Positions 37,901 through 48,749 of a stretch of 64,000 nt of DNA are shown here, piece by piece. Source of the stretch: Macrostomum lignano (Eukaryota); assembly GCA_002269645.1 (NCBI GenBank), contig NIVC01000274.1:116353-180352 (forward strand), in the 5' to 3' direction. A program made the position numbers and the translations under genes. Each line of letters begins with the position of its first letter. The first letter of the stretch is position 1. The notes beneath the pieces were generated by a model that did no database searches, was not told the origin of the DNA, and saw nothing but the letters and a program-made list of their open reading frames with translations.

Positions 37901-40900
37901 AGCACGAGCAGTCGTCTGTCTGCAGACATCGCCAACAAGAAGTTCAGGGGGGACATGGCTGTGACTTAAGAGACATGCTAATTGGTAGCCAGACGCATCT
38001 TCAAAAGTGTCATCAATTGACTTATTTGGCTGTCAGTAGAATATTATTGGCATGGCGCGAAAATTTTCAGTCGGCGCGAAATTTGGCAAACTTTCCAATC
38101 ACACCACTGATTGTAGCTTTCTGATGTCAGATACATTATAACAAGTTTTGAAGCACATAATTAGTGCTTAATCAGGCTTAAGTCTTAAAAGTATTTATTT
38201 ATACTTAAACTAGTTTGTATAGTACTTTTCTAGAGTCAAAAAAATTTAACAAACAAAACTTGATAATTGACAGACATAGTTCAAGCCTATATGAAAAGAT
38301 ATCCAACTAGAAAAAATGCCATCTATATATCATGTTATGGCCTTCTATAACAGCTAAATATGACATTTTATGGCCTATAGAACATGGTATTTTTCACACT
38401 CTAAAATCTCTAGGCTACAGTACAGTAGGCCCTAATAAAAAATAATTTTAGGCCCTAGTACATAGGTTGGAAACCTTTTTCCACTTGAGGACCAAATTAG
38501 GTTTTTAGTTCAAGACCATTTTTTATTAGAGGCAGAGGGCTATGTGTACCCTGGCACTCTTTAAGCAACATAGGCACACAACTGGCAAGCGGCATTGTTG
38601 CCCATTCTGCCGACTCCCCTGAGCAAGCATATGAGCGCGCAAATATGTAATCAGGCATACACTCACACAGGAGTGTATAGTGGCCCTAACTTTATATTAT
38701 CGTTAGGCATGTACACTTCACTGCACCTTGGGAGGTTGGCTCTCAAGGCCATTAATTGCACAAGCAGAGCCAAGCCGAGATTCCAATTCAGCCCCAAATT
38801 AATGTGACTGCACTTGGAATCAAGCCTGGGTTGCTGGCATACCAAAGCAGCTACGCTACCGCTGGGCTACGCCCCCCTTCTCCCCCAAGTTCAAGACTAT
38901 GGGCCCATAGTCAGGATCATGGCATGCCTGCGCCAGAATGAATCCTATCAAAAAAGTTTGATTGCGCCATGCGCTGGAAAAAATCTTATCAAAAAAGTTT
39001 GCTGGTGGTGTATACTACAACTTTCAAAAATACAATAATCAATAATTTCCATTTAAAAAATACCAGTAAAACTTGTATTTGAATATGTTTCATAGAAAAT
39101 GCAATGTTAACATAAATTAATAAACAAGCTATCAATACACTGGCAAACAAAAAGTGCTAATAACAAGAAATTATGCATGTAATTTTCTGTTAGAGAAAAT
39201 AGTGTCTTTTTGGAAGTTTTTTTTCTTATATCAAATTATATTTAGATGAGATTATATTAGATTTATTTAGATTAAGATTAGATTTAAATTTAGATTAAAT
39301 TATATTAGATTTTTTGTCTTGCACCTTATTGTGCCAGATTTTTCTTCCTTGTCTACTTTTGCATCAGAATTCACCAATGTTGCGCAGGTCTAACCCCTTT
39401 TGTGCCAGAATTTTCTATGAAAAAGGCCATCTTCCTGACTATGGCCATGGGCCACAGGTTGCCCCCTAGGTCTTTCTTTATCCTCAAGAATCTGCCCCCC
39501 TAGGTCTTTGCTCTTTACCCTCCAACCCTCCAAAATCCACCCTTGGGTCTTTACTACATTACTAAATTTGTACTCCCATTGTTGGCCTACCACCACCTCA
39601 CTTTCCTTTGCTGCCAGTTCTATTTCTATTCTATATGAGAGTTTGAACTAATGTGCTATCTATCTAGAGTTTATAAATAGCCACTTACATAATCAGTATG
39701 TCTCATTACTAATTTGTCATTAAAGTTGGCAATTGAGGAAAGAACCCAGTTTAAAAAATATATGGATTCCATGTGGATTTTTCATAAGAAATCCATATGT
39801 GCATTTGTCTCCGTCCATCCATGTGGAATCAAGATATGGATTCCACATGGAAGATCCACATGGAAGTAATAATGTATTTCACATAAAATCCACATTGAGT
39901 AAGCAGCCATTATACTGGTTGCCATAATAAATTGTTGCATCTTAAATCTCAAAAAATCCTAGATCTCAAAATTTAAAAACAAACCCCAGATCTCAAAATC
40001 TCAAAATGAACCCCAGATCTTAAAACCATAAAAAAGAAACTGAAACAGATAAAACAGTATAGTAAAAAATATTTCTGCACAAAAATATATTTAAAAAGGA
40101 TGTCTCATATTAAGTAAGATATATTTATGTACAGTAGTAGTCTGATTACAAAAAATAAACACACTGATGTAGATATTGATACCTTTAGTTGCGCATATGA
40201 TAAAGAATATTTAACTTGAAACTGATAATAGCATTAATAAATTAACAATGATATAATGCACCAGAATATAGTCATAAACATGCTGCTGCCAATTGCCAGA
40301 ATGCTGCTTCTTTAGGTCAGGTGATAGTGAGCAACCTCAGAAAAGAAAAGTTAAATTAAATAATTTTATACCTTATGTACATTTTTTGATAATAGAAAAA
40401 AATCAGTTTGTAGCTAAAACTTACCACTGCTTCACATAAGGTAACATTCTGAATTTAAAATTCAAATTCCAAGTAGCTTTGCAGGCTTCTTCAAAGGCAA
40501 GACCAAGGTGACACCCAAGTTTGAGGATAGGCCATGTGATGTGATTAAAACTGATTTTAGACTAAAATGAAATAGAAAGTTGTTACCAATTAAGATTGAT
40601 ATATTATATGAATACAACTTATAAAACTTTTAAACTTTTAAAGATAGATATTTAATAAAGATGATTTAAAAATTAGGCCTAACTAGGCCTAAGCCAATCA
40701 ATAGAAATACTAATGAAATAATCAGTACAAAAATAATTGATATATATGTTTATAGATTTGATTTTTTATAATAAAATTGATTCTAGACTATAAAGTAAAG
40801 GCAAAGCAATGCAAGTTTTTTATATTTGCTAGTATAATAAAACATTAAAGCTAAGTAGCTATAGTATAACTATTAAATTTTGGACTTGGCCTAAATCTAA

Positions 40901-43900
40901 TCAAATTTACAATAATCATTTTTTAATCATAACAGATTAGGCCTAAACCTTAGGGATCTGCTAGGCTAACTATGCCAAAAGCAAGTATAAATGAAAATTA
41001 ACCTATTTATTATAGACCTAGCTAGTAAACTGTTTTAAAAAATCTAAAAAGTCTAAAAGGTGCTAATAATAGGCTTTTTTATAGAAAAATCATAACTTAA
41101 TAGATTTTTAACTGATTAAAAAGTCGCAATTCACAAAGTCAAGCTAGGCCTAACCTTAATTTAAATAGTAGGGCCTATATTGATAATTATGGCTTAAATT
41201 AGGCCTAATAGGTATGCACATAGACAGATAGGACTAAGAGGAATTTTTGAGCTTTTATAGGCCTATTATAGTTTAAAAAAATAAGTGGCCAATCCATAGG
41301 CATGGCCATGGAATTCTTAGAAATTGGATAAATATTTTATCATGGATTTTACTATTAAAAGTATTAGGCCTATCTATGATAAAATACAGATTTATCTAAT
41401 TTCTAATCCCATGGCGGCCATGGCCTTAAGTTATAGCCTGTAGGCTAGGCCTATTAAAATTTTTAAGGTGCATAAATAGCTATAAACAAGGAAAATTATC
41501 TTTCAAGGCATTGAACTAAGACATTGTCAAACATAAATAAAATGCCGACTACTGGTGGGGACTGGGCACACCCCCAAGGTTAATCCTTGTGCTCTTTTCC
41601 TTGGGGTTGCTATAGGGGCCTCGCGGCCTATTCGCGGCGCCTGCGCCCCCCTGTCAGTAGTAAGTAAATAAGTAAGTAACATAAATGAAATAAATTCTAT
41701 TTTAAAAAGCACAAAACATTTTTTACTGTTTACTTCTATTTTGTCTATTTTAACAGTGTCTGATTTTTCAATTATAATTTAGCTTAAAGATATAAGGTTT
41801 TACTTAAAAACAAATAAATATAATAATTAGTTGTAGTAATTTAATAAAAACGTCTAGATGTGGTATATTTCAATTTTTATTGAAGTGGATTCCATGTTGA
41901 ATCAATATATACTTATTTTTGATGAATTCCTTGTGAAATCCACATCATCATTAGGACAGTAAAAGTAAAAAATTAATGCATTAAAAATACTTTGCATGCC
42001 ATTCTGTAATTTTTAAGTCATTATATTTAGCAAAAATAAAAGAAACATTTAAATTCCACATTGCCACATGGAACCCACATGAAATCCATGAATCACTTTT
42101 CACTGGGAAATTCCCTATTTTTTGTATAAAAAACTTTTATGGGAGAAACAATGAAGTTACAATAAGGGTGCGGGCTGGATTATAATATTTAAGATTAAGG
42201 AAGTTTGTAGGCTGCATAGAAAGTCTTTGTGGGCCAGAGGTTGCTGACCCCTGCCCTAGTACTTCTTTAGGTTTAGCAATATTTTACTTTGCATGTTTAA
42301 TTATTTTCTTAGAATTTGCAATTCAAATGGGCATAGAGTAATGAGGCTTAGAAGATTTGTCTTAGACATATCTAACCATTAGTTGGATAGATATTAGATA
42401 GGCCTAGACTTAATCAGGATTTGGTGGTTAGGCCTAGTCAATATGAGGCAAATGCAATAGACTCATAGGCTTAGTAGCCTAACTCAAGCAATCATGCAAC
42501 TCAATTATCTTAGTGTATCACTAAAACTATGGCTGGCTACCCATTTGTACCTACAATCTATAACCATTGTTTATTGTTGCTTTTTTATCTATAAATCCAT
42601 TTATTCTCTAATTTAAGGCCTAGTCAGCTAGATAACTATTGTAACTCATCATTCTTTATTGAATCTATATTCATCAATAAACTGAATTGAAACTATAAAG
42701 CTTAGTTTTCAAAGAAAATAATGAAATATCCAAAAGTAAAATATTGCTGGTTCTCTTAATGCCTCTAACAAAAAACAATGTGTGCAAAATAGTTAATATT
42801 TTTAATCATTTTAAATTAGAACGTGTTACTTGTAATGATCTTTCTCAATAGTGTGATTTATTCTTATGCTTTATCCTTATTTCCTCCTTTATTTCAATGG
42901 AAGCCATAGCTGCAGCCTCTAAAAGTGATTTAATCATGAACAAACAATAGAGTAAGATAAATGCATATCTATACATACATGAGCAACCTCCAAAATTCGG
43001 TCGGCCGTGCGACTTAGTTTTAACAAAAATGCGACGTAGTTTTTGGCCAAAAATGCGACTTACATGTAAAAAACCCTAAAGCAAAATTAACGCAACTTTG
43101 GGTAAACGGCAGGAGTAACTATGACTGTCCTTTTAAGCCAAAATGCCTCGTCAGCTACTTAGTACAACTACTTGGGTATTTTTTCAGGTGGGCCTTTTCG
43201 CGACTTCCTTTGTTGGCCACCAAATCAGTCGGCCGGATCGGCCGACTCGGCCGACTGTTGCGCGTGTATGTATCTATATATATTCAAGTATATCCAATTC
43301 AATAGGAAACTTTTTAACTTTTTTGATAATATATAATCAAACTACTGCTTCTTGTGCCCCTCCTATGATAACTTTGTAGTACCCAGGTTCATTAGTATTG
43401 GCAATATTAGAAGTTTCATTGTTAGCTATATTGTATACATTGTGCAACCTCTCAAAAAGCAATTTTAGCTATCAAAATCTGTGCTACCATAAGTAACAAT
43501 TGTTACACTGCACAACCCCTCATATCAAAGGCAAACTACTTAGTGATGTCCATAAATTTCTGCAACATTTATAGGTGAGAGGCTGAGCAGTGTAAAGAGT
43601 AAGGTAGAGGTGTTTGTATTGAGCAGTTTTCAGTGCATTCCACTATTCCACTTTTTTCAATCTGGCATTCTAAGTTTGGACCCAGAGTGAATGATTAGTT
43701 TCATACACTATATATGTGCCTAATAGTGAAATGCATTGCCTATTAAAACGCAGCCACAAAGGTCACTGGCACAGTGAAGTGGTTCAACGTGAAAAACGGC
43801 TATGGTTTTGTCAACCGAGACGACACTAAAGAGGACATCTTCGTCCACCAGTCCGCCATTGTGAAGAACAATCCGCGCAAATTTCAACGCAGCGTTGGCG

Positions 43901-46490
43901 ACGGCGAACAAGTGGAATTTGATGTAGTGCAAGGCGACAAAGGCCTGGAGGCGGCTAATGTTACTGGACCAGGTGGTACCGCTGTCAAAGGCAGCGAGTA
44001 CGCTGCTGACAGGCAGAGCAACCGCGGCGGCGGCGGCGGCGGCGGCGGCGGTGGTGGTCGCGGGGCGGCGGTTACCGGTCTGGCGGCGGTGGCGGCGGCG
44101 GCGATCAGGTACTTCTAATACGAGTGTATTAATAGATTTGCTTGGAATTCCGTATATTTTATATTTAACCTATATTTCTATCTTTTTTGCTTCGACAAAA
44201 TCTGTCTCCCATGCATTATTCTCCTCATCACCCCATCCACCTGTCTCCCATATTCCTCCTTATCACCCCATCCACCTGTCTCCCATATTCCTCCTTATCA
44301 CCCCATCCACCTGTCTCCCATATTCCTCCTCATCACCCCATCCACCTGTCTCCCATATTCCTCCTCATCACCCCATCCACCTGTCTCCCATATTCTCCTC
44401 ATTACCTCCATCCACCTGTCTCCCATATTCTCCTCATCACCCCATCCACCTGTCTCCCATATTCCTCCTCATCACCCCATCCACCTGTCTCCCATATTCC
44501 TCCTCATCACCCCATCCATCTGTCTCCCATATTCTCCTCATCACCCCATCCACCTGTCTCCCATATTCCTCCTTATCACCCCATCCACCTGTCTCCCATA
44601 TTCCTCCTTATCACCCCATCCACCTGTCTCCCATATTCCTCCTCATCACCCCATCCACCTGTCTCCCATATTCCTCCTCATCACCCCATCCACCTGTCTC
44701 CCATATTCTCCTCATTACCTCCATCCACCTGTCTCCCATATTCTCCTCATCACCCCATCCACCTGTCTCCTATATTCTCCTCATCACCCCATCCACCTGT
44801 CTCCCATATTCCTCCTCATCACCCCATCCACCTGTCTCCTATATTCTCCTCATCACCCATCCACCTGTCTCCCATATTCCTCATCACCCCATCCATCTGT
44901 CTCCCATATTCTCCTCATCACCCCATCCACCTGTCTCCCATATTCTCTTAGATTTCCATCATTACTCAGTTAGCTGTCTTCTATATTCACTTATTAGGTT
45001 AGAGTTTAGTTTATGTTAGGGCTAGTAGTCAGAATCGTGGCAGTCAAATTGTTGGAAGTGAGATAGCTAGCAGTCGAATTACCGGCAGTCAGCTGTACCC
45101 CGCTCAGTCCCATGCGCAAGTGAAGCTGTCAATCAGCAATTCCCCTCCGGCCATGCGCAAGTATAGCTGTCAATCAGCAATTCCCCTCCGGCCATGCGCA
45201 AGTGAAGCTGTCAATCAGCAATTCCCCTCCGGCCATGCGCAAGTGAAGCTATCAATCAGCAATTCCCCTCCGGCCATGCGCAACAGGACGGTGACGGTTT
45301 TACTGAAGCTCCGGCTAGCCGCGGCGGTCGCGGCGGCTTCCGCGGTGGTCGCGGTGGCGGACGAGGCGGCGGACGAGGCGGTGGCGGTGGCAGCGACGGC
45401 TATTACTTCACGCCAAGGCGCTTTGACGGTCCCTCTGGTGGCGGCGGCGGTGGCAGGGGCCGCGGTGGAACTGGCCGCGGTCAGGGCGAGCGACGTCGCG
45501 GTGGAGGCAACAAAGAGGTGAGCTGCTTGGATTTTCGGCTCACTGAATTCCGGTCTCTTCGGGATCCCATCCATGATTAAGGGTAGCAGGATCCTATCAG
45601 AGGATCTGTGAGGATTGCAGGATCTCATCGAAGGGTCTGTGAGGATTGCAGGGTCCCATCGAAGGGTCTGTGAGGATTGCAGGATCCCATCAAAGGGTCT
45701 GAGGATTGCAGGATCCCATCGAAGGGTCTGTGAGGATTGCAGGATCCCATCAAAGGGTCTGTGAGGATTGCAGGATCCCATCAAAGGGTCTGTGAGGATT
45801 GCAGGGTCCCATCGAAGGGTCTGTGAGGATTGCAGGGTCCCATCAAAGGGTCTGTGAGGATTGCAGGGTCCCATCAAAGGGTCTGTGAGGATTGCAGGGT
45901 CCCATCAAAGGGTCTGTGAGGATTGCAGGATCCCATCAAAGGGTCTGTGAGGATTGCAGGATCCCATCAAAGGGTCTGTGAGGATTGCAGGGTCCCATCA
46001 AAGGGTCTGTGAGGATTGCAGGATCCCATCAAAGGGTCTGTGAGGATTGCAGGGTCCCATCGAAGGGTCTGTGAGGATTGCAGGGTCCCATCAAAGGGTC
46101 TGTGAGGATTGCAGGGTCCCATCAAAGGGTCTGTGAGGATTGCAGGGTCCCATCAAAGGGTCTGTGAGGATTGCAGGATCCCATCAAAGGGTCTGTGAGG
46201 ATTGCAGGATCCCATCAAAGGGTCTGTGAGGATTGCAGGGTCCCATCAAAGGGTCTGTGAGGATTGCAGGATCCCATCAAAGGGTCTGTGAGAATTGCAG
46301 GGTCCCATCAAAGGGTCTGTGAGGATTGCAGGGTCCCATCGAAGGGTCTGTGAGGATTGCAGGGTCCCATCAAAGGGTCTGTGAGGATTGCAGGGTCCCA
46401 TCAAAGGGTCTGTGAGGATTGCAGGGTCCCATCAAAGGGTCTGTGAGGATTGCAGGGTCCCATCAATTCCAATTTCAGGCCGCCGAGTAA
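34928..46490 (+). CDS. YBX: Y-box (cold-shock domain plus RGG tail) protein, 4 exons: 34928-34991, 43754-44108, 45287-45517, 46479-46490; one base missing near 44063
   Basis: Exon 1 [21 protein letters not shown]+G|gtaagt joins cag|CC ACA AAG to give [23 protein letters not shown]...IFVHQSAI...[22 protein letters not shown]. Exon 3 in phase 0 is RGG-rich; exon 4 reads AAE-stop. Confidence 0.9.
35378..35688. mobile_element. MITE of about 0.3 kb with TIRs of about 70-80 bp
   Basis: CTAGAGTTCCGGCACTG...GGATCCGGCAGTGCC (35397-35450) is the reverse complement of 35626-35679; the match extends to GG(T/C)AATGGCTAG. Outer ends approximate, TA-flanked. Confidence 0.75.
36930..37260 (+). pseudogene. 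Basic helical ORF fragment inside the long-TIR element, possibly a transposase N-terminus
   Basis: [23 protein letters not shown]...[24 protein letters not shown]; a coding-like island in AT-rich DNA with no catalytic motif visible. Confidence 0.35.
37579..38109. mobile_element. hAT-family MITE, 531 bp
   Basis: Perfect 13-bp TIR CAGTGGTGTGATT...AATCACACCACTG; perfect 8-bp TSD ATTGTAGC at 37571-37578 and 38110-38117; subterminal GCGCGAAAA motifs. Confidence 0.92.
38805..38876 (-). other. Degenerate tRNA-like sequence (tRNA pseudogene or SINE head)
   Basis: Minus strand reads GGGGCGTAGCCCAGCGGTAG (A-box-like)...GGCTTGATTCC (B-box-like); stems are degenerate. Confidence 0.4.
39745..42107. mobile_element. 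CMC/EnSpm-like non-autonomous element, 2.36 kb, nested in the hAT element
   Basis: Ends CCCAGT...ACTGGG with AA on both flanks (2-bp TSD); ATGGATT(C/T)CATGTGG recurs in inverted orientation at both ends. Confidence 0.6.
42972..43272. mobile_element. Short inverted-repeat-bounded element containing a 28S rDNA-derived segment
   Basis: Left TACATACATGAGCAAC versus right reverse complement TACATACACGCGCAAC; internal GTCGGCCG and GCGACT repeats. Confidence 0.55.
43100..43163 (+). other. 64-bp fragment of eukaryotic 28S rRNA spanning the R2/I-PpoI target region; not a functional rRNA gene
   Basis: GGGTAAACGGCAGGAGTAACTATGACT matches the conserved 28S GGGTAAACGGCGGGAGTAACTATGACT at 26/27. AGCCAAAATGCCTCGTCAGCTACTTAGT matches AGCCAAATGCCTCGTCATCTAATTAGT. 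Reference recalled from memory. Confidence 0.8.
44210..44950. repeat. About 35-bp pyrimidine-rich minisatellite, Y-box intron 2
   Basis: CCCCATCCACCTGTCTCCCATATTCCTCCTCATCA units. Confidence 0.93.
45108..45286. repeat. About 41-bp tandem repeat abutting the Y-box exon 3 acceptor
   Basis: GCCATGCGCAAGTGAAGCTGTCAATCAGCAATTCCCCTCCG about 4 times; the last partial unit ends GCCATGCGCAACAG|. Confidence 0.85.
45600..46465. repeat. 31-bp minisatellite, Y-box intron 3
   Basis: AAGGGTCTGTGAGGATTGCAGGGTCCCATCA units. Confidence 0.96.
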
Positions 46491-47002
46491 GGATAAATGG
46501 ATTTGATACTGAATGATGCAAACACAGGCAGCGAGACTCGTGCAGCGGTGGATTGCGGTGTGCGGTAGACAAGCAGACATGGCGGAGCGAAATCGCTTTT
46601 CCGAAGTTTCCTAATTACCGCTTTAACCATCATTACGTAACATTATTATTATTATTATTGTATTGCCATCGCTCACCCTGCTCACTCTCACTCAAAGTCA
46701 ACACGCAAGATTGCTAAAAGTATAATCAATCCAACTGATATACGAAGTCTGCTTTTCTTCTAGCAGGTCTGTTGAAAACTTTTTAAGTTTTGGTAAATAT
46801 CTGGCCGGATGTCAGGCGGTTATATACCTCGTATTGACAGCATCATGGATTCTGTTTTGATCTTTTAATGAGCTTTGGTTACAGTATAATAATTGTTTGA
46901 CAAATTTGGAATGCATATTTGAATAAATTGTCAGCTTCGTCTTATTCGTTTCTTATGTACTGTAGTTTTTTACTAAGAAGGAATATTCTATTGTTTTAGC
47001 TA

Positions 47003-48749
47003 CCGGGTACGCAAAAAGTATCCGGACACTTGCATGTGTTGCAGAGAAGGACAGATAAATATGCACGTGTTGTACCCAAAATCAATGAATTTTCACATCG
47101 CAATTTAATGCAACAAATTGTCGTAGCTCGTTTTTCAGCAAAGTGGCCAATGCAACAGGTCGGTCTATTTTCACCTGGAAAGGTGATAATGGCTTAATTA
47201 AAGGTAGATGACGTAAATCGCGAAATTTCAAGCTCGTGTTCGATTTAACAACGTAAAAACGATTTTTTTCTAAAATGCGAACAAGAGAAACGTAACGCGG
47301 GCATTGAGCAACAAAAGTGAAACTTAATTTAAAGAAGCGGTCGCTTTTTCTAACAGAGTTCAAGATCGTCAGACTTCCTCGAATCAATCACCTGGCCCAC
47401 TTGCTGAAATGTGCTGCTCAAATGGTTCCAACAAGCGGCTCTGCATGCCAGACTCGATTTAATCCACGATTGGAGAACCTCCTTGGGCAATCACCTTCTC
47501 AAGACGACCACGAAACGCTTTGCAGCATCTCACCAGATATTCCGGAGTCAGCTCTGATTCCCAAGCCTCATGAATGGCAGATCTCAGCGAGTCCAGGGAC
47601 GTGTGGAAGCTTCTGCAGGCCCGCTTGTCAACCTGGTTCCAGATCGAAAAATCCAGGGGATTTAGATCCGGTGAGTAGGCTGGCCAGTCCTCCTTCAGCC
47701 AGACGCGCTTGCGCCCGAAGTGAGCGCTGAGCCAGGCCTGCACGTCATTGCGAGTGTGTGCTGGAGCAGAGTCCTGCTGGAAGCGAAAGTTCCAGCCATC
47801 TGCAAAACTGCCATCCGGCCGCACCCTGTCAGGATAGTTACTGCGAATCCAGTGCAGCACTTTCTGGAGCACATCAAGGTACCCGTCTCCATTCAGTCGG
47901 TACCCCTTGTCAAAAAATATTGGCTGCATTTTCTTGCCATCAGAAGCGACGAGGCCGAAGACCATGATGGTTGCCGGGTGCTTAATCTGTGGCGAGTTGA
48001 AGGCGTCCCGCTCCTCACTGCTCCTGGCCAGCACGCGCGAAGAGCTGCGATTCCGGTAGGGTGTCTGCGTGAAGTTCTTTTCATCCGTGAAGAAGATGAC
48101 TTCAACTCCGGGAGAGGCCTTGAGGTCATTCAGGAGCCTCCGTGACCGTTGAACCCGAAGCCCCAGCTGATCCGCGTTCAGCATGGGGATCTCCCTCTGC
48201 ACGAAGCTCCTGACGCCCATCTCCCGAAATGCATTGCGGACATTGCTCTCATGCACTCCTTCCTCTCGGGCAATTTGCCTCATCGTCTTCGTTGGGTCTT
48301 CTGCCCGCTTGGCTTCGAGGTTGGCCATGAAGTCTGGTGTCCGGACTGTCCGCGGCCGTCCCGATTTCTCCTTCGGTTCCAGGCTGTCGCCAGAATCCAG
48401 CAGCTTCTTCCAATCACCGACGGTGCTCTTCCCTACTGAGTACTTCTCAGCACACATTCGCACGCTCATTCCAGAAGTCAAGTCGGTAGCGACACGCTTC
48501 TTGAGATCCAAGGAATAGCTTGCCATTTTGTGACAACTTGGGATGGCAAATCCGCGGATTGAAAACGAAGCTTTCGAAATAAAAGGATGAACAGCATGAG
48601 TCCATTTTGCATATCAGGGTTAAAATTCCAGGCAGAAGTTGGGCCATAGACATATTATACAAATGATGCTTTAAATTCCCGGAGTATGTCAAACTCTCGG
48701 AAAGCAAAGCCAACAAGATTTTGTCCGGATACCTTTTGCGCACCTTTGG
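47003..48749 (-). mobile_element. Tc1/mariner (maT-like) DNA transposon, about 1.75 kb
   Basis: Imperfect TIRs CCGGGTACGCAAAAAGTATCCGGACA and TGTCCGGATACCTTTTGCGCACCTTTGG, each flanked by TA (47001-47002, 48750-48751); contains a full transposase ORF. Confidence 0.88.
47459..48526 (-). CDS. DDD transposase, 355 aa, intact
   Basis: N-terminal HTH (YSLDLKKRV...GRPRTVRT), FFTDEK, FQQDSAPAH, WPAYSPDLNPLDFSIW. Confidence 0.95.
   Translation of the reverse strand: MASYSLDLKKRVATDLTSGMSVRMCAEKYSVGKSTVGDWKKLLDSGDSLEPKEKSGRPRTVRTPDFMANLEAKRAEDPTKTMRQIAREEGVHESNVRNAFREMGVRSFVQREIPMLNADQLGLRVQRSRRLLNDLKASPGVEVIFFTDEKNFTQTPYRNRSSSRVLARSSEERDAFNSPQIKHPATIMVFGLVASDGKKMQPIFFDKGYRLNGDGYLDVLQKVLHWIRSNYPDRVRPDGSFADGWNFRFQQDSAPAHTRNDVQAWLSAHFGRKRVWLKEDWPAYSPDLNPLDFSIWNQVDKRACRSFHTSLDSLRSAIHEAWESELTPEYLVRCCKAFRGRLEKVIAQGGSPIVD

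Larger units (their letters stand above)
35699..38273. mobile_element. Non-autonomous DNA transposon with long (about 250 bp) TIRs and a truncated internal ORF; outer ends approximate
   Basis: 35699-35960 is the reverse complement of about 37510-37578 plus 38110-38273 (GACTCTAGAAAAGTAC, GACTTAAGCCTGATTAAGCACTAA, CTTCAAAACTTGTTAT, GTCTATGGCCA). TSD not resolved. Confidence 0.75.
38461..42253. mobile_element. hAT (Charlie-like) non-autonomous element of 3.8 kb including nested insertions
   Basis: 8-bp direct repeat CCCTAGTA at 38453-38460 and 42254-42261; imperfect TIRs CATAGGTTGGAAACC and (reverse complement) CAGGGGTCAGCAACC; no transposase ORF. Confidence 0.75.

Noticed and set aside
41549-41660. 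Short ACTACTG...CAGTAGT inverted-end segment containing GACTGGGCAC
   Set aside because: Ends have the opposite polarity to Polinton termini, and the match to the 26-mer array is only 10 bp.
43100-43163. Functional rRNA gene or R2 element
   Set aside because: Only 64 bp match, with no further rRNA or RT sequence nearby.
45120-45521. 133-aa Ala-rich ORF
   Set aside because: Wrong frame of Y-box exon 3; the RGG frame is the credible one.
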